From the NCBI GenBank assembly GCA_038142325.1, contig JAYQJW010000002.1, forward strand, positions 619,328 through 683,327: 64,000 bases of DNA, read 5' to 3'. The stretch is from Gammaproteobacteria bacterium (GTDB lineage Bacteria; Pseudomonadota; Gammaproteobacteria; GCA-002705445; GCA-002716945). A program made the translations under genes and the position numbers. Each line of letters begins with the position of its first letter. Position 1 is the stretch's first letter. The notes under the pieces are model-generated. The model was not told the origin of the DNA, made no database searches, and was given only the letters and a program-made list of their open reading frames with translations. Shown in pieces: positions 46,064-60,760 of the stretch.

Positions 46064-48082
46064 TTAGGATTTAGCTTTTGGTAACATTAAATATTTCTCT
46101 TGCAGTTCATTTATTTGATCTCTAAGTTTTGCCGCATCTTCAAATTCTAAATTATTAGCATGATTATACATTTCTTTTTCAAGTTCGATAATAATCGATG
46201 TAACGTTATTACTATTAACTTTAGTAAATTTCTTTTTAGAATTACTTACTATTTGGAGTTTGTCTAGGGAATCATTATCAATATAAGTATCCTCATCTAA
46301 GGCTTCCCTTATATCTTTTTTAATACCTTTTGGCTTTATATTATTTTCATCATTGTATGCGATTTGCAGCTCTCTTCTTCTATTTGTCTCGTCTATAGCT
46401 CGTCTCATCGAGCCAGTAACATCGTCGCCATAAAGTATGCATCGGCCTTTAATATTTCTAGCTGCTCTTCCAATCGTTTGAATTAAAGATCTATCTGATC
46501 TTAAGAAGCCCTCTTTATCTGCATCAAATATTGCAACCAGCTCTACCTCAGGGATATCTAGCCCCTCGCGTAAAAGATTTATACCAACAAGAACGTCAAA
46601 TTCACCTTTTCTTAGGTCTCTAATAATTTCAACACGCTCCACAGTATCAATATCTGAATGTAAATATTTTACTTTAATATTATGTTCTTGCAGATACTCG
46701 GATAAGTTTTCAGACATTTTCTTTGTTAACGTAGTTATTAGGACGCGGTTGCCGTTTTTAATTACCTTGTTAATCTCTGATAATACATCCTCAACTTGAC
46801 TCGATGATGGTCTGATGTCGATCATTGGATCAGTGAGACCTGTTGGACGTATCAGTTGTTCAATTACAGATGTGGATTTTTCAATTTCATACGGTCCTGG
46901 TGTTGCAGATACGTAAATTGTTTGAAAATTATATGCTTCAAATTCATCAAATTTTAGTGGTCTGTTGTCCATGGCAGATGGAAGCCTAAAACCATAATCA
47001 ACAAGAGTTTGTTTCCTTGATTGATCACCTCTATACATACCTCCCATTTGTGGAACACCTACATGACTCTCATCAACAATAACTAGTCCATCTTTTGGCA
47101 TGTAATCGAGTAAGCATGGAGGTGGTTCTCCTGGTTTTCTTCCTGATAAATATCGAGAGTAGTTCTCAATGCCCGAACAATATCCCATTTCTTTCATCAT
47201 TTCTAAATCATAATTAGTTCTTTCTCTAATACGTTGCTCTTCTATCAGTTTAGAATTATCAGAAAAATATTTAATTCTTGTTTTAAGTTCTTTTTTAATG
47301 TTAATCATTGCATTCTCAATAATATTCTGAGGAGTGACATAATGTGTTTTTGGATAAATAGTAACCCTATTGAGTTGTTTGAAGATATCGCCAGTTAAAG
47401 GGTCAAATAGAAAAATATTTTCAATTTCATCTCCAAATAAATCTACTCTAACAGCATGTTTTTCAGAGTCTCCAGGAAATATATCTATTACCTGACGTTT
47501 TACTTGATACGTTCCTCGACGAAGTTCTAAGTCATTTCTAACATATTGTAACTCTGTTAGTTTCCTTAAAATATCTCTTTGATTAATGATATCTCCTTTG
47601 ACTAAATGCAAAATCATTTTGAAATATGTTTTTGGATCACCTAGACCATAGATTGCAGATACTGTCCCTACAACAATTGCATCTTTTCTTTCAGTAAGTG
47701 ATTTGGTTGCCGATAATCTCATCTGTTCGATGTGTTCGTTCAACGATGCATCTTTTTCAATAAAAGTATCAGAGACTGGAACATATGCTTCAGGCTGATA
47801 ATAATCATAATAAGAAACAAAATATTCTACGGAATTCTTTGGAAAAAATTCTCTCATTTCTGCATATAATTGAGCTGCTAAAGTTTTGTTAGGCGCCAAT
47901 ATTAATGTTGTTTTATTTGTTTGTTCAATAATATTTGCCATTGTGTAGGTCTTACCAGAACCTGTGACACCAAGGAGGGTTTGATGCATCTGTTTGTCAT
48001 TTACGCCATTAACTAGAGCTTTGATAGCTCTAGGTTGATCACCACTCGGACGCATTTTTGATTCTAAGGTTAATCTTTTCAA
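46064..48082 (-). CDS. uvrB: excinuclease ABC subunit B
   Basis: [33 protein letters not shown]-terminal UVR domain. Confidence 0.98.
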   Translation of the reverse strand: MKRLTLESKMRPSGDQPRAIKALVNGVNDKQMHQTLLGVTGSGKTYTMANIIEQTNKTTLILAPNKTLAAQLYAEMREFFPKNSVEYFVSYYDYYQPEAYVPVSDTFIEKDASLNEHIEQMRLSATKSLTERKDAIVVGTVSAIYGLGDPKTYFKMILHLVKGDIINQRDILRKLTELQYVRNDLELRRGTYQVKRQVIDIFPGDSEKHAVRVDLFGDEIENIFLFDPLTGDIFKQLNRVTIYPKTHYVTPQNIIENAMINIKKELKTRIKYFSDNSKLIEEQRIRERTNYDLEMMKEMGYCSGIENYSRYLSGRKPGEPPPCLLDYMPKDGLVIVDESHVGVPQMGGMYRGDQSRKQTLVDYGFRLPSAMDNRPLKFDEFEAYNFQTIYVSATPGPYEIEKSTSVIEQLIRPTGLTDPMIDIRPSSSQVEDVLSEINKVIKNGNRVLITTLTKKMSENLSEYLQEHNIKVKYLHSDIDTVERVEIIRDLRKGEFDVLVGINLLREGLDIPEVELVAIFDADKEGFLRSDRSLIQTIGRAARNIKGRCILYGDDVTGSMRRAIDETNRRRELQIAYNDENNIKPKGIKKDIREALDEDTYIDNDSLDKLQIVSNSKKKFTKVNSNNVTSIIIELEKEMYNHANNLEFEDAAKLRDQINELQEKYLMLPKAKS

Positions 48083-48141
48083 AACAATTTTTTTCCCTGT
48101 TTATTCTTTCATGATATCATATTCATTTTGAAGGAACTCTA

Positions 48142-49323
48142 TTGAAACTATCAAACCGTATTAAATTAATAAAGCCATCATCGACAATGGCTCTTACTTC
48201 CAAAGCAAATGAACTTAAGGCTAATGGTGAAGATATTATAGTTTTAACAGTAGGTGAACCAGATTTTGATACACCTAATTATATAAAAGATGGAGCAAAA
48301 AAAGCTATTGATGGAGGGATGACAAAATACACATCAGTTGATGGAACTCTTGAGCTAAAGAATGCTATCATCAAAAAATTTAAAAATGAAAATAATCTTA
48401 ATTACAACCTAGACCAAATTATCGTTTCTGCAGGATGCAAGCAATCTATATTCAATCTCCTTCAAGTAATTATAGATGAAGGTGATGAGGTGATTATTCC
48501 ACAACCCTATTGGGTATCATACTCAGATATGGTTATTTATTCAGGAGGTAAGCCAATATTACTTGAGACTAATTATGAAAATAATTTTTCTATTGATATT
48601 AATCTTTTTGAATCATTAATCTCAGATCGAACTAAACTCTTTATGATCAATAGCCCTAATAATCCTAGCGGGAAATATTATGATTCTGCTTTATTAAAAA
48701 AATTATCTGAGGTGCTTAAAAAATATGAAGATATATTTATATCCTCTGATGATATTTATGAACACATTCATTGGGGAGATGAAAAATTTCATAATATTTT
48801 AAATGTCTGTCCAGAACTAAATGATAGAGTAATAATTCTTAATGGAGTATCTAAAGCATATTCTATGACTGGTTGGAGGATAGGTTATGCTGCTGGTAAT
48901 AAAGAAATAATTAAAAAAATGAAGACTCTTCAATCGCAAAGTACATCATGTGCTTCTTCTGTATCTCAAGCTGCAGCAACAACTGCATTAAATAGTGTTT
49001 GTACTGAATTACCAATGATGAATAAAGAATATAAAGAAAGACATGATTTTGTTATCTCTGAATTAAACCAGATTAATGATGTTGAATGTAAACCGACTGA
49101 TGGTACGTTTTATGTATTTCCATCATTTAAAAAATATATTGAAAAAAATAATCATATCTCAAATGATACAGAGTTAGCATTGTATTTACTGGAAAAAGCA
49201 AAAGTTGCTGTTGTGCCCGGGAGTGCATTTGGCATTGAAGGCCATTTAAGAATTTCTATTGCAATTGACATGAAGTCGCTCGAAGAAGCTATGAAACGTC
49301 TGAAAAGTATTCTTAATTCATAA
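48142..49323 (+). CDS. PLP-dependent aminotransferase class I/II (aspartate aminotransferase-like)
   Basis: GEPDFDTP, NSPNNPSG, SDDIYE, NGVSKAYSMTGWRIG. Confidence 0.92.
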   Translation: MKLSNRIKLIKPSSTMALTSKANELKANGEDIIVLTVGEPDFDTPNYIKDGAKKAIDGGMTKYTSVDGTLELKNAIIKKFKNENNLNYNLDQIIVSAGCKQSIFNLLQVIIDEGDEVIIPQPYWVSYSDMVIYSGGKPILLETNYENNFSIDINLFESLISDRTKLFMINSPNNPSGKYYDSALLKKLSEVLKKYEDIFISSDDIYEHIHWGDEKFHNILNVCPELNDRVIILNGVSKAYSMTGWRIGYAAGNKEIIKKMKTLQSQSTSCASSVSQAAATTALNSVCTELPMMNKEYKERHDFVISELNQINDVECKPTDGTFYVFPSFKKYIEKNNHISNDTELALYLLEKAKVAVVPGSAFGIEGHLRISIAIDMKSLEEAMKRLKSILNS

Positions 49324-51127
49324 CTTAGCAGCTCTTTTTCTTTCATGTGGATCTAGATATTTTTTTCTTAACCTCAAGTTCATAGGTGTGACTTCTAATA
49401 CTTCATCGTCTTCAATATATGACATCATTTGCTCCAGAGACATTTTGCGCGGCGGTACCAGTTTTACTGCTTCATCAGATCCCGAAGCACGAATATTTGT
49501 TAATTGTTTACCTTTGAGTATATTGATTTCAAGATCATTCGGTCTGTTATGTTCACCAACAATCATTCCTTGATATACTCTAGTCTGTGGCTCAATAAAC
49601 ATTGTTCCTCGATCTTGTAGGTTGAATATTGCATAAGCTACAGAATTTCCAGCTGAATTTGATATTAGAACGCCATTTCTTCTAGATTCAACATCCCCAT
49701 TATATCTCTCATATGAATCAAAAAGTCTATTAATCACTCCAGTACCTCTAGTTTCAGTTAAAAATTGACTTTGGTAACCTATCAAAGATCTTGATGGACA
49801 TTTAAAAATTAAACGTGTTTTTCCTGATACATTAGACATGTCTATCATAATGGCTCTTCTTTTATTCATACTATCAATGACTGAACTAGTGTAATTATCA
49901 TCTACATCAATTATTACTTCTTCAATAGGTTCTAATTTCTGACCATCCTTATCTATTTTAAATACAACTTTAGGTCTTGAAACTGTCAGTTCGAATCCCT
50001 CTCTTCTCATTGTTTCTACAAGAACTCCCAACTGAAGCTCACTCTCTACCGCCGATTTCAAATGAATCTTTTTTATCATTCTCATTAAAGGAAATTGCTA
50101 CATTTGATTCTGATTCTGCTAACAATCTATCTCTTATTATTGTAGATGTAACTTTCTTACCTTCTAATCCAGAAATAGGTGAATCGTTAACAGTTATGTT
50201 AATAGACATTGTCGGAGGATCAATTGGAGTTGATTTAATGGGTATATCATTAAGCTCGTCACAAATTGTGTCAGATACAGATGTTTTTGCTAGACCAGCA
50301 ACACAAATGATATCTCCTGCATTGACATTGTCTACAGGCACTCTATTTGTACCATGATATTTGAATAGCTTGGTTAATCTTCCAGTCTCTATGGTTTCAG
50401 ATGAGAGATTTATTGCTTTTACACTATCATTAACTTTTGCTGAACCCTGCTCTACTTTTCCGATAAGGCATCGACCTAAATATTTATCTGAATCAAGTAG
50501 AGTTGCTAGCATTGCAAAAGGTTTATCAATATCAGTATTTGGAGATTCTACATGATCAATAATCATATCTAACATCTCATGAAGATTATTTTTTTTATTA
50601 TCTAAGTTAGATGTACACCATCCATCTCTACCCGAGGCGTACAAGATAGGAAAATCTAATTGTTCATCACTTGCATTAAGTGAAACGAATAAGTCAAAAA
50701 CTTCATCGATCACGCTATCTACTCGGCTGTCAGCTTTATCAACTTTATTAACCACAACTATTGGTTTCAAGCCTTGAGATAATGCTTTTGATAGTACAAA
50801 TTTTGTTTGAGGCATAGCGCCCTCAGAAGCATCAACTAATAGTATTACTCCATTTGTCATACTGAGAATTCTCTCTACTTCCCCTCCAAAATCAGCATGA
50901 CCAGGAGTATCTATGATATTAATTCTTGTATTATTCCATATGATAGATGCTGGCTTGGCTAGAATTGTAATGCCACGTTCTTTTTCCAAAACGCCAGAAT
51001 CCATTACACGTTCACTTGATAGCTTGTTATCCCTAAAAATTCCTGATTGAACCATAATAGAATCTATAAGTGTAGTTTTCCCATGATCGACGTGGGCTAT
51101 AATTGCGATATTTCTAACTTGTTCCAT
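49318..51127 (-). CDS. typA: ribosome-associated GTPase TypA/BipA (frameshift near 50045)
   Basis: RNIAIIAHVDHGKTTL, ERGITIL, DTPGHADFGGEVER, MRREGFEL, KQLTNIRASG. Confidence 0.95.
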
Positions 51128-51211
51128 TATTGTGTTCTGACAAAATATTTTGTGAACTATACTACACAAAAATTATTAAATCCTGAAAATTTTGACAATG
51201 AAATGAAGTTA

Positions 51212-51284
51212 CTCCTCGGGACGGACTCGAACCGCCGACCTGGTGATTAACAGTCACTCGCTCTACCGACTGAGCTACCGAGGA
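51212..51284 (-). tRNA. tRNA-Asn(GTT)
   Basis: TCCTCGGTAGCTCAGTCGGTAGAGC...GTGA CT GTT AA TCAC...GGTTCGAGTCC; CCA not encoded. Confidence 0.95.
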
Positions 51285-51431
51285 ATAATTAGAAGATATT
51301 AATAAAAATACATTAAATCTTCAATCTTTAATTAAGAAACATTAAATTGAAATTAAATTTGTAACTGTCTTAATAATAACATTAAAAATTAATAAGTAGT
51401 TATTATTCAATATGTTAAAATGTAACTAATA

Positions 51432-51755
51432 ATGACGTACGTTATAACTGAAAATTGCATTAAATGTAAATATACAGATTGTGTTGAGGTTTGTCCTGTA
51501 GATTGCTTTCACGAAGGTCCTAATTTTTTAGTGATAAATCCCGAAGAGTGCATTGATTGTAGTTTATGTGAACCAGAATGTCCTATTGATGCTATAGTTT
51601 CTGAAGATGATCTCAAAGAAGAAGAAAAAAAATTTCTTGAAATTAATACAAGATTATCAAAAACATGGCCGCTTATAACAGAAGCTAAAGCAGCTCCTGA
51701 TGATGCTAAAGAATGGGAGAATAAACCCGATAAATTAGCATTACTTGAAGAGTAA
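51432..51755 (+). CDS. fdxA: 7Fe ferredoxin (FdxA / Azotobacter FdI type)
   Basis: [18 protein letters not shown] and [13 protein letters not shown]. Confidence 0.95.
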   Translation: MTYVITENCIKCKYTDCVEVCPVDCFHEGPNFLVINPEECIDCSLCEPECPIDAIVSEDDLKEEEKKFLEINTRLSKTWPLITEAKAAPDDAKEWENKPDKLALLEE

Positions 51756-53111
51756 CTACAGGTTTTCAGTATTTTCAAAAATTTGTGGATGGTAATCCTC
51801 AAATCTAGTGCAATGAGAGAGAAATGTTAATTTAGCTGTACCGGTTGGCCCATTTCTATGTTTAGCAATATTTATCTCAGCAACATTTTTATCTTCAGAG
51901 TTAGGATTATATACATCGTCACGATAAATAAACATAACAACATCAGCATCCTGCTCTATAGATCCAGATTCTCTTAAATCAGAAAGAAACGGTCTTTTAT
52001 CATTTCTCTGCTCAAGACTACGATTGAGCTGTGATAGCGCAATAATAGGAATATCAAGCTCTTTGGCAAGGCTTTTTAATTGCCTAGTAATTGATGCAAT
52101 CTCATTAACCCTGTTCTCGCTTTTTTCAGGCAAAGTCATGAGCTGTAGATAATCTAATATAATCATATCAATTCCAGTCTCTCTTTTCATTCTACGAGCT
52201 CTTGATCTTAGTGTCATTGGTGTAATGCTGCCTGTATCATCAATATACAATGAGCAGTCTTGCATCATATCTATTGCTTGTGTGACAGCTCTTGTATCGT
52301 CATTAGATGTCTCATAGTCCCCAGTTCTAATTTTTGAAAACTCAACGGTACTAAGAGATGATAACATTCTAAGGGCTATTGATTGAGAAGACATCTCAAG
52401 ACTAAAAAAACCAACTTTCTTCTTTTGTTTGAATACAATATCTTGAGCAATATTCATAGCAAGTGCAGTTTTGCCCATAGATGGTCGAGCAGCTATTACT
52501 ATAAGATCAGAATTTTGAAGGCCACCCATCAATTCATCAAGCTTAGAATATCCGGTTAATAAAAAATCTGAAATATTACTATTTCTTTTATTATAAATTG
52601 TATCGACCATATCGTTAACGATTGGGCCAATCTTGACTAATCCTTCATTGTTTTTTGTATCAGATGCTATGGCAAATATATCTGCCTCTGCTTTATCTAA
52701 AATTGTATGTATGTCATCCGAGCTTTCATCATGAACACTTTCAATTGTTCGCGTACTGGCTTGAATAAGTTTTCTCATTACAGATTTCTCTCTAACCATT
52801 TCTGCATACTTAACAATATGAGCAGAAGTTGGGACTGTTTTAGCTAAATCTTTCAAATATTCTAAACCACCAACTTTAGATAACTTGTCATGCGATTTAA
52901 GAGTTTCCTCTAAAATAAGAATATCTAATGGTTGGTCATTAATTTGAAGATTATATATCTCTGAGAAAATATCTTTATTTCTTAAGTCATAAAAATCATT
53001 AGGTGTAATAATATTAGAAATTTTCTCCCATGATTGAAAATCTATAATAAGTGAACCTAACAAAGCTTTCTCAGATTCTATGGATACAGGTGTTTGGGGA
53101 ATACTAGCCAT
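51756..53111 (-). CDS. dnaB: replicative DNA helicase
   Basis: AARPSMGKT, FFSLEM, DYLQLM, LSQLNR, SDLRESGSIEQDAD; no intein. Confidence 0.97.
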   Translation of the reverse strand: MASIPQTPVSIESEKALLGSLIIDFQSWEKISNIITPNDFYDLRNKDIFSEIYNLQINDQPLDILILEETLKSHDKLSKVGGLEYLKDLAKTVPTSAHIVKYAEMVREKSVMRKLIQASTRTIESVHDESSDDIHTILDKAEADIFAIASDTKNNEGLVKIGPIVNDMVDTIYNKRNSNISDFLLTGYSKLDELMGGLQNSDLIVIAARPSMGKTALAMNIAQDIVFKQKKKVGFFSLEMSSQSIALRMLSSLSTVEFSKIRTGDYETSNDDTRAVTQAIDMMQDCSLYIDDTGSITPMTLRSRARRMKRETGIDMIILDYLQLMTLPEKSENRVNEIASITRQLKSLAKELDIPIIALSQLNRSLEQRNDKRPFLSDLRESGSIEQDADVVMFIYRDDVYNPNSEDKNVAEINIAKHRNGPTGTAKLTFLSHCTRFEDYHPQIFENTENL

Positions 53112-53155
53112 TACAAGCATAGTAACTTATAAATAATTCAATAAAGAATATTGAC

Positions 53156-53626
53156 TTAAACAGAATCTTTAGTTTCTTCTGCTTTTTCGACGATTATTTC
53201 TATATCACAAGAAACTTCAGAATGAAGAGATATGTTTGCGCGGAAAGATCCTAACTCTTTAATTGAGCCCATTGGTAGATTAATCTGCCTCTTTTCAATA
53301 TCAAAGCCATCACTTTTAATTTGATCAGCAACATTCTGCAAGGATACAGAACCAAAAAGTTCATCTGAATCTTCTTTTACTTCTAATTTGAAATTCTGTG
53401 TATAACCAGCTAATTTTTCTTTAATAGCTAATGCAGCATCTTTTACTTCCTGCTCTTTTTTCATTAGCTCATCTTTCATTTCACTAATAACTTTTAAGTT
53501 CTCCTCAGTTGGAGTAAGTGCTGATTTAGTCGGAAGGAGATAATTTCTAGCAAAACCTGCTTTAACTTCAACTTCTTGGCCAACTTTACCAAGATGTTTA
53601 ACGTCTTTTAATAGTACAAGCTTCAT
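53156..53626 (-). CDS. rplI: 50S ribosomal protein L9
   Basis: [23 protein letters not shown]. Confidence 0.96.
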   Translation of the reverse strand: MKLVLLKDVKHLGKVGQEVEVKAGFARNYLLPTKSALTPTEENLKVISEMKDELMKKEQEVKDAALAIKEKLAGYTQNFKLEVKEDSDELFGSVSLQNVADQIKSDGFDIEKRQINLPMGSIKELGSFRANISLHSEVSCDIEIIVEKAEETKDSV

Positions 53627-53817
53627 TGTCTTTTATGATTATCGCAATAAGGTAATAAAGCTAAGTATCTAGCAATTTTTACAGCTTTATTCATTTTCCT
53701 TTGCTCGCTAGCACTAAGTCCGGATACTCTTGAAGGTATTAGTTTGCCGGCTTCAGAAATATAATTTTTTAGATAACCTAAGTTTTTGTAATCAATAATT
53801 TTTTGATGTGTTTCCAT
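53623..53817 (-). CDS. rpsR: 30S ribosomal protein S18
   Basis: IDYKN...[10 protein letters not shown]...QR...ARYLALLPY. Confidence 0.95.
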   Translation of the reverse strand: METHQKIIDYKNLGYLKNYISEAGKLIPSRVSGLSASEQRKMNKAVKIARYLALLPYCDNHKRQ

Positions 53818-53821
53818 ATAT

Positions 53822-54154
53822 TTAAGCTGATTTAAGTTGTTCTTTATTCATGAAAGATGGTTCAGTTTGAGGATTTTTTGTATTTAATACTAAATGCCTA
53901 ATAATATGATCATTAAATTTAATCATTTCATTAAGAGTGTCTATAGCCTTATTATCAGCGGTAAAATTAATTAAGATATACCTAGCTTTATTTTGATTAT
54001 TAATATCATATGCCATTTTAAGTGGGCCCCAATCCTCGTATCTATCAATCGTGCCGCCATTTTCACTGACCACGGATTTGTATTTTTCAATAGTTTGATC
54101 TGTCAGTGAATCCTCACCAACTGTAAACATCAATACTAATTCATAATTTTTCAT
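53822..54154 (-). CDS. rpsF: 30S ribosomal protein S6
   Basis: YE, EDWG...AY.I, IIRHL; canonical order with rpsR-rplI. Confidence 0.93.
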   Translation of the reverse strand: MKNYELVLMFTVGEDSLTDQTIEKYKSVVSENGGTIDRYEDWGPLKMAYDINNQNKARYILINFTADNKAIDTLNEMIKFNDHIIRHLVLNTKNPQTEPSFMNKEQLKSA

Positions 54155-54207
54155 AATTTAGGGAATACTACAGCAGTAATAATCATTTTTCAATATTGTG
54201 GGTCTTA

Positions 54208-57166
<2,959 letters not shown>

Positions 57167-57170
<4 letters not shown>

Positions 57171-57355
57171 ATACTGTACACTAAATAATATATTATCAAC
57201 CCAGAGATAATACATGTTAGTCCAAACATTCTCAATGTCTTATCATTTAATTGAAGTATATATGATAGTGTTTCTTTAAATTTACTAGGATATAGTAAAG
57301 GTATTATTCCTTCTATGATTAATATGAAAGCAATAACAAGTGAAAGTATTTCTAA
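57167..57355 (-). CDS. DUF2065 (YjeT-like) small membrane protein
   Basis: manual reading ILIIEGIIPLLYP...LRMFGL; conserved position after hflC; start codon unclear. Confidence 0.7.
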
Positions 57356-57356
57356 G

Positions 57357-58229
57357 CTACTTATTTTTTACACCGTCAGTATCATTAAAGTATTTAAAAA
57401 AATCTGAGTCTGGTTCTAACAATATCATATTACTTTTATCATTAAATGTTGTTTTATAAGCCTCAAGACTTCTGTAGAATGAATAAAATTCTGGACTAGC
57501 GGAAAATGCATCAGCATATATTTGTGTTGACTGAGCATCGCCCTCACCTTTAATTTCTTGAGATTTCTTATAGGCCTCAGCAATAATCGTCTCAGATTCA
57601 CGTTCAGCCAACGATGTTATCCCTTTGGCCTCTTCTTTACCTTTAGATCTGAATGATTTTGCAACAGTTGCTCTTTCTTTAACCATACGAGCATATACAG
57701 AGTTACTAACCTCATCTGGCAAATCAACCTTTTTAAGTCTTACATCAACAACAGTTATACCTAAAGCTTGGGATAATTGATTAGCTTCCTTTGTTACCAA
57801 ATCCATTATTTCGTTTCTATCACCGGATACAACATCATTAACAGTTCTTTTACTGAATTCACTTTTGGTAAGGTCATTTACGATTTGTGAAAGTCGATTT
57901 ACGCCTATCCTTTCATCACCTTTTGTTGAACGATAAAAGTTTCGAGGATCTGAAATCTTCCATTTCACGAAGGAGTCTACAATAACATTTTTCTTTTCAC
58001 TAGTTAAAAATTGTTCTGGCTTAGAATCCATAGTAAGAATTCTTGAGTCATATTTTTTTACATTATTTATAAACGGAATCATAAAATAGAGTCCAGGTTC
58101 ATCATATGAAGAAACAATTTCTCCTAATCTAAATTTAATTACCACTTCCCTTTCGTCCACAATAAATGTTGAAGAAACAGCTAATAGTATTAGTGCTAAA
58201 ATTGCAGTGAGTAAGTTTCTGTTATTCAT
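57357..58229 (-). CDS. hflC: FtsH modulator HflC
   Basis: SPFH domain, VDVRLKKVDLP, FYSFYRSLEAY. Confidence 0.95.
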   Translation of the reverse strand: MNNRNLLTAILALILLAVSSTFIVDEREVVIKFRLGEIVSSYDEPGLYFMIPFINNVKKYDSRILTMDSKPEQFLTSEKKNVIVDSFVKWKISDPRNFYRSTKGDERIGVNRLSQIVNDLTKSEFSKRTVNDVVSGDRNEIMDLVTKEANQLSQALGITVVDVRLKKVDLPDEVSNSVYARMVKERATVAKSFRSKGKEEAKGITSLAERESETIIAEAYKKSQEIKGEGDAQSTQIYADAFSASPEFYSFYRSLEAYKTTFNDKSNMILLEPDSDFFKYFNDTDGVKNK

Positions 58230-59349
58230 TGTATAAATCTCTTTTTCTAAGGTTAAAATTATTTTTATTATCGTTTATTCGATCAAGAATTGATGGAACA
58301 GAGTTAGGAGTTGAAGACTGGATATCTTGATTTGGATTCGAGCGATTTTGATTTCTGTTAATAAGCTGATCAAGTGGGAGATACATCATATTATTTCCAC
58401 CTTCTATATCAACCATGACTTTACTACTATTCGACAAGACTGACTCCACAGCCTCCAGATAAAGTCTCTCTTTTGTAACACTTGGTGCTTTTTTATACTC
58501 ATTGTAAAGTTGAGTAAACCTTGAGGCTTCACCCTCTGCAGCATTTATTAATTTTACTTTGTATGCAATCGCTTGTTCAAGCATTTGTTTTGCCTTACCG
58601 CGTGCTAAAGGTATAATTTCATTACGATAGGCCTCAGCTTCATTGATGTATCTTTGCTCATCTTCACGCGCTTTAATAGCATCCGAAAATGCATCTTGTA
58701 CTTGCTCAGGTGGTTGTGCTTCAAGAATATTTAAGGAAAGAATATTCACTCCAGCTCCATATGTATCTAAAACTATTTGAAGTAACTCTTTTGTATCTTC
58801 AGCTACTTTTGTTCTACCTTCAGTAATTATGAAATCCATGGTATTTTGTCCCATAACTTCTCTGATAGCACTTTCTCCAGACTGTGATACTGTTACCTCT
58901 GGATCTCTTAGATTAAAAATATAATCACTAGCATCCTTAATATCATATTGTATAGCAAAGCTGATACTGACTATGTTTTCGTCCTCTGTTAACATTACTG
59001 CTTTTTGTTGAACTGATCTTATATTACTTACATCAACAATCTCAACGGATTGAATAAATCTTGGAATCCAGTGAGGACCAGGCATAGTAATTTCTTTGAA
59101 ACTTCCGAATTGAAGAACTACACCTCTTTCACCATCATTTACAATGTATATTCCGGATAGGAAGTAAATAGCAAATATGATAGCTGCAAGAAAACCTGCA
59201 CTTTTTTTTGGTGATGGAGGAGTGGCTGATCCTGATGAGCCTAAAAGATCATCAAAAGTTTTTTTAAAATCCTTAAATACCCCATCTAAATTAGAGTTGT
59301 TTTTGTTTCTTCCCCACGGGTCTTTGTTTCCTGGTTCATTCCATGCCAT
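58222..59349 (-). CDS. hflK: FtsH modulator HflK
   Basis: MAWNEPGNKDPWG, MLTEDEN, PPEQVQDAF, RLYLE. Confidence 0.95.
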   Translation of the reverse strand: MAWNEPGNKDPWGRNKNNSNLDGVFKDFKKTFDDLLGSSGSATPPSPKKSAGFLAAIIFAIYFLSGIYIVNDGERGVVLQFGSFKEITMPGPHWIPRFIQSVEIVDVSNIRSVQQKAVMLTEDENIVSISFAIQYDIKDASDYIFNLRDPEVTVSQSGESAIREVMGQNTMDFIITEGRTKVAEDTKELLQIVLDTYGAGVNILSLNILEAQPPEQVQDAFSDAIKAREDEQRYINEAEAYRNEIIPLARGKAKQMLEQAIAYKVKLINAAEGEASRFTQLYNEYKKAPSVTKERLYLEAVESVLSNSSKVMVDIEGGNNMMYLPLDQLINRNQNRSNPNQDIQSSTPNSVPSILDRINDNKNNFNLRKRDLYNE

Positions 59350-59421
59350 AAAAATTCTCCTGTGTAGATGATATACCATAGAATTATGTGCATCAATTCT
59401 ATATTTGTTAAATTTTGGAGA

Positions 59422-60341
59422 TTAAGCTAGTGATTTACTTATAAAGTCATGGAGGGCTTTATAATCTAATTCAGGATAATTATGATAATAGTCAACTTTG
59501 AATTTGTTGCGCCATGTGAGTTGTCGTTTAGCAAGTTGTTGAGTAGCAAGAGAAATTGAATTAACAAGATTATCAAGTTCAGTATTATTATCAAGGTAAG
59601 ACAGCACTTGCTTATATCCAATAGCTTTCATAGATTGATTTTCAAGTGTTAAATTATATTTTTGTTTAAGATTTTCGACTTCATCAATTAATCCAGATTT
59701 CAACATATGACTTGTTCGTTTGAATATATTTTTCTAAGCAGTTCTCTATCGCATATATTAATAAAAATTATCTTAATTGAAATATTTTTGTTTAAATAAA
59801 GTCCTTTATATTTTTTCTTATCATTATTTGGTGAAATTAATCTCTCTAATAATTTTTCAATACGATATTTATCATTTGGATTAATTTTATCATTGGATAT
59901 CTCTCTTCCATTAATTAATGATTCGTATATCTCAGGATACGTATATTTTTCTAGTATGTATGAGATAATTTTCTTGTCAGAATCAAGAATATTATAATCA
60001 TGTGAAAGTCCATTTAATAATTGATAAATATACATCATTGATCCGCCTGTTATTAATGGATACTTATCATTTGCAAAAACTTTATCAATAGAATCGACAG
60101 CATCAAAACAGTATTCAGATACGTTATAGTTCATATCTGGGTCTAACTTATTGAAAAGATAATGACGTGTGGATGAAAATTCATCAAGATTAGGTTTAGC
60201 TGTACCTATGTTCATTCCCTTGTATATCGAATACAAATCTGCATTTACTACCTCAAATGGAAAATCTTTTGTTAACTGTAAAGATATATTTGATTTTCCA
60301 GAGGCAGTTGGACCAATCAATAAAAAAATATTTTTAGTCAT
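59422..60341 (-). CDS. miaA: tRNA dimethylallyltransferase (frameshift near 59720)
   Basis: GPTASGKS, IGTAKP, AIGYKQ, TQQLAKRQLTW. Confidence 0.92.
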
Positions 60342-60760
60342 CAATATCGACTGAAATTAATCTTTGCTCCGTTGATAACTTCGAGATAAATATCTATGTT
60401 AGATTTTATAATTTTACGTGGAATTATCTCAGGCCATTCTATAAAATGAAGAGTATTAATTTCAAGATTATTATAAAAACCTATCTCATCTAGTTCTGAA
60501 CTATTATTTATTCTATATAAATCATAATGATATATATGTTTATCTTCAACTAAGTACGAATTAATAATCCCAAATGTAGGACTACTTGTATTATTAAAAT
60601 TATACAAATATTTTAGTAGCTCTTTAACTAAAAATGTTTTACCAGAGCCTAAGTTTCCTTTTAGGAATATAATTTTTTTAGAGTCAAAATTCATATTTAA
60701 GAATTCAAATAGGTGATGATAATCACAAGCTTGAGTTATTAAATAATTCTTTATTGTCAT
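60341..60760 (-). CDS. tsaE: t6A biosynthesis ATPase TsaE
   Basis: GNLGSGKT, SPTF, HYDLYR, IEWPE. Confidence 0.93.
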   Translation of the reverse strand: MTIKNYLITQACDYHHLFEFLNMNFDSKKIIFLKGNLGSGKTFLVKELLKYLYNFNNTSSPTFGIINSYLVEDKHIYHYDLYRINNSSELDEIGFYNNLEINTLHFIEWPEIIPRKIIKSNIDIYLEVINGAKINFSRY

